This document shows, in pieces, positions 17,439 to 24,852 of a DNA stretch of 34,980 bases (the first letter of the stretch is position 1; the number at the start of each line of letters is the position of its first letter). Under the pieces are notes generated by a model. It had not been told where the DNA came from. It did no database searches and worked only from the letters and a program-made list of their open reading frames with translations. Source of the stretch: Chloroflexota bacterium (GTDB taxonomy: Bacteria; Chloroflexota; Limnocylindria; Limnocylindrales; CSP1-4); the NCBI GenBank assembly GCA_003158495.1, contig PMJT01000179.1, positions 906 to 35,885 on the forward strand. The letters run 5' to 3'. The position numbers were made by a program, and so were the translations under genes.

Positions 17439-19331
17439 TCACTGGATTGCGCCGTTGTAGTAGCGCTGGGCTATCGTCCAGGCCGCCTTGCCACATTCCG
17501 ACCCGACTCGGCGACCGGTGAAGTCGTCCACTTGGACGTGGATGCCACCCCACAGCCGCGACTGGCCCGCCTGGTCCGCGGCGTCGTAGTAGGTCGCCCA
17601 CTCCAGTCGGATGTCGGTCGTCGGGCCGGCCTCGAACTTGAGCGAGCCCGCCTTGATCGTGTAGCCGCTGACGCCGCCCGGGAAGTACTCACTGCCGGTG
17701 AAGCTCGTCAACACTTCGGCGGCCGCCCGGCTGAAGGTGCTGTGGCCCGAGAAGTAGCCGGGGAATGAAGGCGTCACGAATGTGGGGAGCTGGTAGGGGA
17801 CCCAGTTGGCGGCCAGGATCCAGGCCACGCCGCCGGTCTGGGTCTTGGGATCCTTGGGATTGCCGGCCCAGGCTTTGATCGCGATCTCGCCTTCGTGGCC
17901 GACGAGCGCCGCGTGACGCTGTCCCGGGGCAGTGGTGTCCTTGGTGATCAGCTCGATCAGTCCGGGCACCAGCGGCAGGCCTTCCTTGTTGTAGGAGGGC
18001 TGGCCTGGGTCGCTCGATTGGCCCAACCCGCCCATGTATCGGATCCAGGAAATCGGCCGGGCGTCGTCGTAGTAGCCCTTTGCGCCCCAGGCGGCAATGG
18101 CGGCGTCGTGGACGGCGCCATTGAGGGCGAGGTACATCTTGACGTCCCATTCCAGCCGATCGACGACCGGGCCCTTTCCGCCGATCCGCAAGTTCGGCGC
18201 CAGCTCGTCGGAAGCCAGATTGGCGAGCACGTTCCAGTGACCGGGCGGCGTCTCCGAGTTGGGGCCGTCGGCCCAGAACTCGGCCATGACCCGCCCGAAG
18301 TCACCCTCGTTGACGACGTCCGGCGGGTACGGCTTTCCTGTGACCGGGTTCACCTTGTGTCCGGTGCCGTCGTTGGTGCCCAGATCGTTGTTGCCGCGGG
18401 CACCGGGGGAGATGTCGATCGTGTTTCCGAGAGCCGGATCGAGCAGACTGCTGTCGCGGATGACCTCGACGACTTGGTCCTTGAACTCCTGGTCGGTACT
18501 GGGATCGCCAAGCTTGGGCGGAGGGCCCGGATCGAGCGGCGGAGCCGCGACGGTGCTACCCGCTACCGTGCTGCCGACCGCGGGCAAACCGAAGCTGGCC
18601 ACGCCTCCCCACTGCGGACCGACGTTCTGCTGAACCCCGTTGGTAACCGGGATTCCGTTCTGGGAGATCATGTGCTCGATCTGGAGGGGCTGCCAGCGGT
18701 TGGGATCGACCATAGGCGCCCCCGGCTTGTTCACGACAAGAGGCGGATTGACGGACGTGTACCACGGGGATTGGTAGCCTCCGGCCTGGTTCGAACCGTC
18801 GTTGGCACCGTAGTCGAGCACCGCTTTGGCGATCCTGTTGCCGACCGCGGCCGGAGAATTGCCTTCCGTCGTGTTGTTGTTGAGGGGGTAGTGCAGCGTG
18901 TCCATGAGGTCATCGAACTCGGACAGCGACTGGTCCGCCCCTACCGCCTTGATGTAGCGGGCCGTCAGGACGCGATAAGCGGCGTAGCTTATGGCTTCGT
19001 TCCGAGCCGCGGCCACATCGGACGCGGTGTCCTTCTCCTTGACGATGTATCCGGAGGCCGTGGGGTCGTACGCCGCCCAGGCGTCCCACATGGCCACGGA
19101 CGTATGAAACAGGTTGCGGGCGTGAACGGGCGGGTTCGGCAGGGCGCGGCGGATCGCATCCAGAAGCGCTTCGTCCCACTTCCGGGCCACGGTCTGACTT
19201 TGGCTGGAGCTGGCGTCGCCGCTCTTCGCCCAGGGGCTCCAGACCAGGAGTCCGCCCACTACGAGCATGAGCACGGCGAGCATCGAAACGACGACTGCGA
19301 TGGCATTGCGCCTGGAACGCCTGGCAAGCAT
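17439..19331 (-). CDS. Membrane-anchored PAP2 / vanadium-dependent haloperoxidase-like protein
   Basis: ATG 19331 with AAGGAG 7 nt upstream. N-terminal anchor MLARRSRRNAIAVVVSMLAVLMLVVGGLLVW. All three superfamily motifs are present: KGYYDDARP (KX6RP), FSGHSTFS (PSGH-like), SRLWGGIHVQVD (SRX5HX3D). Confidence 0.8.
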   Translation of the reverse strand: MLARRSRRNAIAVVVSMLAVLMLVVGGLLVWSPWAKSGDASSSQSQTVARKWDEALLDAIRRALPNPPVHARNLFHTSVAMWDAWAAYDPTASGYIVKEKDTASDVAAARNEAISYAAYRVLTARYIKAVGADQSLSEFDDLMDTLHYPLNNNTTEGNSPAAVGNRIAKAVLDYGANDGSNQAGGYQSPWYTSVNPPLVVNKPGAPMVDPNRWQPLQIEHMISQNGIPVTNGVQQNVGPQWGGVASFGLPAVGSTVAGSTVAAPPLDPGPPPKLGDPSTDQEFKDQVVEVIRDSSLLDPALGNTIDISPGARGNNDLGTNDGTGHKVNPVTGKPYPPDVVNEGDFGRVMAEFWADGPNSETPPGHWNVLANLASDELAPNLRIGGKGPVVDRLEWDVKMYLALNGAVHDAAIAAWGAKGYYDDARPISWIRYMGGLGQSSDPGQPSYNKEGLPLVPGLIELITKDTTAPGQRHAALVGHEGEIAIKAWAGNPKDPKTQTGGVAWILAANWVPYQLPTFVTPSFPGYFSGHSTFSRAAAEVLTSFTGSEYFPGGVSGYTIKAGSLKFEAGPTTDIRLEWATYYDAADQAGQSRLWGGIHVQVDDFTGRRVGSECGKAAWTIAQRYYNGAIQ

Positions 19332-19500
19332 TTGAGCGCTCCTTCTGTTCGCCAGTGAATGGAGTGTCCGAGCCGGATCGCGGCTCTTCCCCGTTGGCAG
19401 GTCGGCGATCGTTCCGGATGACCGGCCCGCCGACCGAGTCACTTCTGAAGCGCGCATGCAATCGAATGCGCTCATCATACCGGCCGGCTGCGGAAAAGAG

Positions 19501-19540
19501 CTTGACCCAGACAGCATGCGTATGCTACATAGGTATTCAT
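19501..19540 (+). promoter_or_regulatory. Promoter/operator module copy B: CTTGACCC-N10-CGTATGCTACATAGGTAT-TCAT
   Basis: TTGACC 19502-19507, 18-nt spacer, TACATA 19526-19531 preceded by TGC. The 18-mer 19519-19536 is identical to 8374-8391. Confidence 0.55.
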
Positions 19541-19813
19541 AGACGCGTCCTGCCTCGCGCCATTGTGGTGGGAACGTGTGCTTGGGGATTGTGCTTGGAC
19601 TGCCGGAATGCTGCCTAGCAAGCAGTTACTGCTGCGAGGGCTTGCCTGGTAGGCGGCAACTGCCGTCCGCTTGCCACCGATAACCCGAGCGGCGAACCGC
19701 GATTGGCATGTCAGTCCAATGTGGGAGAGGAGGTACTGGGCCTCAAGAAAGCCCAAAAGCTGTCGGAGAAGACTCAGGGTAAATCCAGGTCCATCTCACA
19801 GGAGGAAGGGTTG

Positions 19814-21028
19814 ATGACAACCGTTCGCAGGATGTCCGTCCTGCTTTCAGTGGCGGCGCTTGTCGCGTCCGCGTGCTCGAGCTCAGCAACGCCGGTGCCG
19901 ACGACGGCACCCACCGCTGCCCCCACCGCTGCGGCCACCGCTGCGGCCACGGCTGCACCCACAACTGCACCGACCGCAGCCACAAAGCCCTGCACCGTCG
20001 GCGTCTCCTGGAACAACTTCCAGCAGCCGCGCTGGGCGGCGCACGACAAGCCGGGCATTCAGAAGACCGTCGAGGCGGGCGGCGGGAAATACATCGACGC
20101 TGACGCGAACCTCAGCAATGAGCAGCAGCTGACAGACGTCTCTACCCTCATTTCGAAGGGCGCCAATGTCTTGATCCTGCTCGCTCAGGACAACAAGGCG
20201 ATCCTGCCGGCGCTCAAGCAGGCGTCCGATGCCGGGATCCCGGTCATTGCCTATGACCGACTCATCGAGGACCCGAGCATCCTGTACATCACGTTCGACA
20301 ACGTCGCTGTTGGTGCGGCCCAGGCCAAGGCTATCCTGACGAAGGTCCCGAAGGGCAACTACGTCCTCATCAAGGGCGACCCGGGTGACCCGAACGCCTC
20401 GACATTCCTGCCGCAAGGCTGGGATAACGCGGGCCTCAAGGCCAAGATCGCTTCCGGTGACATCAAGATCGTCGGGCCGGCGACCGGCACGTTCACCGAC
20501 GCCTGGAAGACCGAGACGGCCCAGGCGAACATGGAAACGATCATCGACAAGGCCAACTCGTCCGGACAGAAGATCGATGCCATCCTCGACGAGAACGACA
20601 GCACGGCGCTCGGCGTCGTGGCCGCTCTCACGGCCAAGAACTACGGGTTCCCGCCGCTCAGCGGCCAGGACGGCGACCCGGCCAACCTGAACAACGTAGC
20701 CCTCGGCAAGCAGTTCGTTGACGTGTTCAAGAACGCCAATGAGCTCGGCAAGGCCGCCGGGGCCGCCGCGTTGGCGCTCTGCGCGGGCACCAAGATGGCC
20801 AGCCTGACGCTTCCGTCCGGCCTCATCGACCCGACCGTCGCCCCGGCGGCCGGTCTGTCGGCCAAGCCCTTCGTGACCCCAGGCGGCACGACCGTCAGTT
20901 CATTCATCCTCCAGCCGACCCCGCTGACCGCGGACACCCTCCAGGTCGCGATCGATGCCGGCCAGATCACCAAGGCGGACCTCTGCAAGGGGGTGGTCGC
21001 AGCTTCTGCACCACCTGCTTGCAAGTGA
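19814..21028 (+). CDS. xylF: D-xylose-type (XylF-like, CUT2) ABC transporter substrate-binding lipoprotein
   Basis: ATG 19814 after AGGAGGAAGG. Lipobox LVASAC followed by a (A-P/A-T-A)n linker. Colinear by eye with E. coli XylF: PRWAAHD, AYDRLIEDP, ITFDNVAVGAAQA, GNYVLIKGDPGDPNA, SGDIKIVG, KIDAIL, ENDSTALG, SGQDGD. Confidence 0.8.
   Translation: MTTVRRMSVLLSVAALVASACSSSATPVPTTAPTAAPTAAATAAATAAPTTAPTAATKPCTVGVSWNNFQQPRWAAHDKPGIQKTVEAGGGKYIDADANLSNEQQLTDVSTLISKGANVLILLAQDNKAILPALKQASDAGIPVIAYDRLIEDPSILYITFDNVAVGAAQAKAILTKVPKGNYVLIKGDPGDPNASTFLPQGWDNAGLKAKIASGDIKIVGPATGTFTDAWKTETAQANMETIIDKANSSGQKIDAILDENDSTALGVVAALTAKNYGFPPLSGQDGDPANLNNVALGKQFVDVFKNANELGKAAGAAALALCAGTKMASLTLPSGLIDPTVAPAAGLSAKPFVTPGGTTVSSFILQPTPLTADTLQVAIDAGQITKADLCKGVVAASAPPACK
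19907..19978 (+). repeat. 12-nt periodic coding repeat (6 units) encoding the (A-P/A-T-A)n lipoprotein linker
   Basis: gcacccaccgct / gcccccaccgct / gcggccaccgct / gcggccacggct / gcacccacaact / gcaccgaccgca, read directly. A looser equivalent lies in the first SBP gene (about 8660-8760). Confidence 0.6.
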
Positions 21029-21058
21029 CGATAATCTAGCTCTGACAAGACACAGTCA

Positions 21059-21104
21059 GACCTGCGTCCCCGGGGCAACACCCCGTGGACGCAGGTCCTT
21101 TTCG
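21059..21104 (+). terminator. Intercistronic intrinsic terminator/attenuator after the XylF-like gene
   Basis: GACCTGCGTCC-c-CGGGG-caaca-CCCCG-t-GGACGCAGGTC followed by CTTTTC. Lies 31 nt after the SBP stop and 19 nt before the permease GTG. Confidence 0.6.
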
Positions 21105-21122
21105 TGGAACAGGAGAGCCACC

Positions 21123-22451
21123 GTGACGAACGTGGCCGATGCGCCACCGGTACATGTTCAGACGCAGCCGCCGTCGCGGCGATCCATGTCTGGGCTCATT
21201 GCGCAGACCGAAGTCGATCTCCGGCTGTTCGGGATGCTCGTCGCGCTTGCGGTAATCCTGCTCGCCTTCGACATCCTGAGCGGCGGGCAGATGATCAGCC
21301 CGACGAACATGGTCACGCTCTCTGTGCAGGCGACGGGCATCGCGATCATCGCGACCGGGATGGTGCTGGTCATCGTCTCGCGTAATATCGACCTCTCGGT
21401 CGGGTCACTGGTCGGTTTCGTGGCCATGAGCTACGCGCTGCTGATGACCGACTGGTTCCCCAACATCCTGCACTTGCCTGCTGACTTCCCTCTGACGTGG
21501 GCGATCGCCCTCGCCATCGGGATCGCAATAGGCGCCGCATTCGGTGCCGTGCAGGGTTTCATCATCGCCTACGTCGGCGTGCCCTCGTTCATCGTCACCC
21601 TCGGCGGCCTGCTGACCATCCGCGGACTCGTCTGGTACCTGTCGCAGGGCGCCGCCGTCTCCGGCCTTGACCCAACCTTCCAGCTCATCGGCGGAGGGGC
21701 CGCGGGCTCGATGGGCGCGACACTGACGTGGGGCGTCGGGGTTGTCGGCTGTCTCGCAGTCGTCGCGTTCCTCTTCAGTGCCCGCCGGCAGCGGCGCCGG
21801 TTTGGGTTCCCCATCAGACCCATGTGGGCCGAGACGGTGATCGGCGGGGTCGGTTGCCTCGCAATTCTCGGTCTGGCCGCCTTTGCCAACGCGAATTACT
21901 GGCCGAAGGGCCTGGCGGATAGATACGCCGCGGACCACGGCATCGCCGTCCCGGCGGGAGGCCTGCAGATCTCCACCGGGTTCCCGTACCCGATCATGAT
22001 CCTCATCGGCGTGACGATCGTGATGAGCTGGATCGCGAAGCGCCGCCGCTTCGGCCGGTATGTCTACGCCTACGGCGGCAACCCCGACGCGGCCCTGCTG
22101 GCCGGTATCAATACCCGCTGGACGATCATGAAGACGTACGTCGTGATGGGCATCCTGTGCGCCCTGGCGGCGGCCATCGCGGCAGCCCGACTGAATGGGT
22201 CGACCCTCGACGTCGGCCAGAGCTACGAGCTTTACGTCATCGCGGCCGCCGTGGTCGGCGGCACATCATTCGCGGGCGGCACCGGATCGATCGCGGGCGC
22301 GGTCGTCGGGGCCTTCGTCATGCAGTCGATTGCGTACGGCCTCAGCTTCAACGGGGTGAACTCACCGGGCCAGAATGTCGTTGCAGGAATCGTCCTGATC
22401 CTCGCTGTCGGCTTCGACGCGTGGAACCGGCGCCGGTCTCGCAGCTCTTGA
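21123..22451 (+). CDS. xylH: Sugar ABC transporter permease (XylH/BPD_transp_2-like, CUT2)
   Basis: GTG 21123 lies 5 nt after AGGAGA. About 10-12 hydrophobic spans. Motifs [10 protein letters not shown] and [19 protein letters not shown] are typical of RbsC/XylH-type permeases. Confidence 0.82.
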   Translation: MTNVADAPPVHVQTQPPSRRSMSGLIAQTEVDLRLFGMLVALAVILLAFDILSGGQMISPTNMVTLSVQATGIAIIATGMVLVIVSRNIDLSVGSLVGFVAMSYALLMTDWFPNILHLPADFPLTWAIALAIGIAIGAAFGAVQGFIIAYVGVPSFIVTLGGLLTIRGLVWYLSQGAAVSGLDPTFQLIGGGAAGSMGATLTWGVGVVGCLAVVAFLFSARRQRRRFGFPIRPMWAETVIGGVGCLAILGLAAFANANYWPKGLADRYAADHGIAVPAGGLQISTGFPYPIMILIGVTIVMSWIAKRRRFGRYVYAYGGNPDAALLAGINTRWTIMKTYVVMGILCALAAAIAAARLNGSTLDVGQSYELYVIAAAVVGGTSFAGGTGSIAGAVVGAFVMQSIAYGLSFNGVNSPGQNVVAGIVLILAVGFDAWNRRRSRSS

Positions 22452-22464
22452 CGGAGGGACCACT

Positions 22465-23253
22465 TTGACGGTTGCAGATGGCACTCCGCTCGTGGAGATG
22501 CAGCACATCAACGTCGCCTTCGGGGGCGTTCACGCAGTCCAGAACGTAACGGTCGACCTTCGGCCCGGCGAGGTCGTCGGTCTGGTCGGTGGCAACGGAG
22601 CCGGCAAGACTACGTTGATCCGATGCCTGTCCGGCGCGCATCCGGCCGACTCGGGCCAGATCCTCATCGACGGTCAGCCGGTGTCGATCGCCAACCCACG
22701 TGATGCCAAGGCGCTCGGGATCGAGACCATCTACCAGACTCTGGCGCTGGCCGAAAATATCGATGCGTCGGCCAACGTCTTCCTCGGCCGGGAACTGACA
22801 AGCCGGTTCGGCGATCTCGACGACGCGGCAATGGAGTCCGCCACGCGGCGGGTCATGGGGCGGCTGAACCCTAACTTCAAGAACTTCAAGACGCCTGTCG
22901 TGTCGCTCTCCGGTGGCCAGCGCCAGGCGATTGCCATCGGCCGCGCAGTCCATTTCAACGCCCGGATCCTGATCATGGACGAGCCGACGGCGGCGCTGGG
23001 CCCGGCCGAGACTGCCCAGGTTCGCGACCTGATCAAGCAGCTCAAGTCGGAGGGCATCGGGATCTTCCTTATCAGCCACGACATCCACGACGTCTTCGAC
23101 CTCGCGGACCGGATCAGCGTCATGCTCCACGGCAAGCTCGTCGGCACGGTCAACAAGTCGGACGTGACGACGGACGAAGTCTTGGCCATGATCATCATGG
23201 GCAAGATGCCAGAAGAAGTGACCCAGAAGGACCTGGCCATGCTCCACGAGTGA
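22465..23253 (+). CDS. Sugar ABC transporter ATP-binding protein with a single NBD (FrcA-like rather than fused XylG/RbsA type)
   Basis: TTG 22465 lies 6 nt after GGAGGG. Walker [10 protein letters not shown], signature LSGGQRQ, Walker [10 protein letters not shown]-loop ISHD. Only 262 aa. Confidence 0.9.
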   Translation: MTVADGTPLVEMQHINVAFGGVHAVQNVTVDLRPGEVVGLVGGNGAGKTTLIRCLSGAHPADSGQILIDGQPVSIANPRDAKALGIETIYQTLALAENIDASANVFLGRELTSRFGDLDDAAMESATRRVMGRLNPNFKNFKTPVVSLSGGQRQAIAIGRAVHFNARILIMDEPTAALGPAETAQVRDLIKQLKSEGIGIFLISHDIHDVFDLADRISVMLHGKLVGTVNKSDVTTDEVLAMIIMGKMPEEVTQKDLAMLHE

Positions 23254-23271
23254 TGAACCCGGGTCCTGACT

Positions 23272-23305
23272 GAACGGCGCCCGCGAGGGCGCCGTTCCGA
23301 TTCTC
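23272..23305 (+). terminator. Intrinsic terminator-like hairpin ending the CUT2 operon
   Basis: GAACGGCGCCC-GCGA-GGGCGCCGTTC (11-bp perfect stem, tetraloop) followed by CGATTCTC, a weak U-tract. Lies 19 nt after the ATPase stop. Confidence 0.55.
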
Positions 23306-23581
23306 GACACCGACCGATGCCCCGGGCCGCAAGCCACCGGCGAGTGACACCGCATGCAGGGCGACGCCGAGCGGCTCGAGCAGCGCGCCCTCCGCGTCCG
23401 ACATGTTGTCGGGCAGGGTGACGATGCGTCGCTCCGGCCATGCCATCTGCTCCCGGAGGGCGCCGTCGGTGACTCCCCGGTGGGCGTCCGAGCCGCACGG
23501 TCCGACCGCCGTGACGCGGAGCAGTATCTCGCCGTCGGCGGGCGCCGGGGCTGCTTCGTCTGTGATGGTCAGGTCCCGGGG
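23306..23581 (-). pseudogene. Remnant of a Zn-dependent medium-chain dehydrogenase (sorbitol/xylitol/threonine dehydrogenase-like)
   Basis: Manual translation gives PRDLTITDEAAPAPADGEILLRVTAVGPCGSDAHRG...IVTLPDNMSDAEGALLEPLGVALHAVSLAGGLRPGASV. This matches the GEVLVRVxAVGICGSDxH and LPDxxSxEEGALxEPLxVxxHA blocks. About 45 aa between the blocks are missing, there is no start codon, there is no Rossmann half, and it is cut by the terminator at 23272-23305. Confidence 0.55.
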
Positions 23582-23626
23582 CGAACGAGACGAAGGGCGC
23601 GCATTAGCTGGGCCTCCGGATCGACG

Positions 23627-24811
23627 CTAGCGCGCTGAGTCGGGTGGCGGACCGGACGATTCGCGCACGACGACTGACGGCGCGAGCAGCTGGACCACCG
23701 GGGCGCCGCCGGGCCCCGCAATGTCAATCGCGGCTCGCACGCCTACGGCGGCCATCTCGGCCATCGGCTGCCTTACCGATGTGAGTGCCGGATTGGTGTA
23801 CTCGGCCATCGGCAGGTCGTCGAACCCGACGATCGACACGTCTCTTGGGACCATCATGTTCATTCGCCCGGCGGCGTGTATCGCGCCTATGGCCAGCAGG
23901 TCCGTCGAGGCCAGGATCGCCGTCGGTGGAACCGGCAGGTTCATCAGCGCTTCGAAGGAAGCGGCGCCGCCCCTGAGGTTGTTCTCAACCTCGCAAATGT
24001 AGTTGTCGAGGATCGGCAGACCCGCGTCCGCCATCAAATCGAGGAATGCGGCTCGCCGCTCGCCGATGTCGCCGAGCAGGCGTCCCTCGCTGAAGCCGCC
24101 TCCAACGAACGCGATCCGCTTGTGGCCGAGGTCGGTCAGGTGAGCCAAGAGCCCCGCGACCCCGGCCCGGTTGTCGACGCTGACCGTGGAGATGCCCGGA
24201 ACCGGCACCGATCCCTGCCACAGGCCGACGACGTTGATGTTCGTGTCACGCAGGTCTTCGAGGAGGCGGGGCTGGTCGCTCGTGTCGCCGAGCAGAAGGA
24301 TGGCATCGCAATGGCGAGTCTCGAGGACGGCTCGTAGGGCGATGGCCTCGTCCGTCTTGCCGTGGGCGTGGCCCAGGACGACGTTGTAGCCACGCCTGTT
24401 TGCCTCGGACGAGATGGCGTCGACGGCTCCGGCGAAGAATGGGTCCGTAATCTCGCGAACTATTACTCCGAGCAGCATCGTCCGGGCGCCTCGCAGGCCC
24501 CTGGCCAGCGGATTGGGCCGGTAGCGCATCTGGCGGGCGACTTCTAGCACGCGTTCGCGCGTCGCCGGGTTGATCGGAACGACGGTCGGCGCCCCGGTCA
24601 GGACCCGCGACACGGTGCTCTGCGAGACGCCACTGGCTCGGGCGATGTCCTGCATCGTCGGGATCCGCGACTGGCGCTGCGGGGCCGTTGTGACTCCGTT
24701 GCCCGGCGCCGCGGGAGCCGTGGTGCGCGAGGGCGCGGGTCCTTCGGTTACCCGTCGGGCCACGACTGTTCGTTTCGCCCTCGTGGCGGGCTTGGCCTTG
24801 CTATCTGTCAT
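23627..24811 (-). CDS. LacI/GalR-family transcriptional regulator with a roughly 52-aa basic N-terminal extension
   Basis: HTH PTMQDIARASGVSQSTVSRVLTG followed by a Peripla_BP-type sugar-binding core. The start may instead be the internal ATG at 24655; no strong SD precedes either. Confidence 0.88.
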   Translation of the reverse strand: MTDSKAKPATRAKRTVVARRVTEGPAPSRTTAPAAPGNGVTTAPQRQSRIPTMQDIARASGVSQSTVSRVLTGAPTVVPINPATRERVLEVARQMRYRPNPLARGLRGARTMLLGVIVREITDPFFAGAVDAISSEANRRGYNVVLGHAHGKTDEAIALRAVLETRHCDAILLLGDTSDQPRLLEDLRDTNINVVGLWQGSVPVPGISTVSVDNRAGVAGLLAHLTDLGHKRIAFVGGGFSEGRLLGDIGERRAAFLDLMADAGLPILDNYICEVENNLRGGAASFEALMNLPVPPTAILASTDLLAIGAIHAAGRMNMMVPRDVSIVGFDDLPMAEYTNPALTSVRQPMAEMAAVGVRAAIDIAGPGGAPVVQLLAPSVVVRESSGPPPDSAR

Positions 24812-24852
24812 CTGACATCCGTGACATGCCGGTCCGATTCATGGCGGGAATC

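Noticed and set aside
17439-19517. 692-aa version of the haloperoxidase-like ORF starting at 19517
   Set aside because: The extension lacks coding character and would run through the divergent plus-strand promoter at 19502-19531. ATG 19331 has AAGGAG 7 nt upstream and yields a normal signal-anchor N-terminus.
19703-19813. Upstream ATG 19703 as the start of the XylF-like gene
   Set aside because: There is no SD before it. The extra 37 aa (MACQSNVGEEVLGLKKAQKLSEKTQGKSRSISQEEGL) would sit in front of the signal peptide. ATG 19814 has a strong AGGAGGAAGG and gives a proper lipoprotein signal.
19907-19978. CRISPR-like or non-coding tandem repeat arrays
   Set aside because: All periodic repeats found (12-nt at 19907-19978, the looser one at ~8660-8760, 42-nt at 31978-32085) are in frame inside coding genes. 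They lack the repeat-spacer architecture and have no cas genes nearby.
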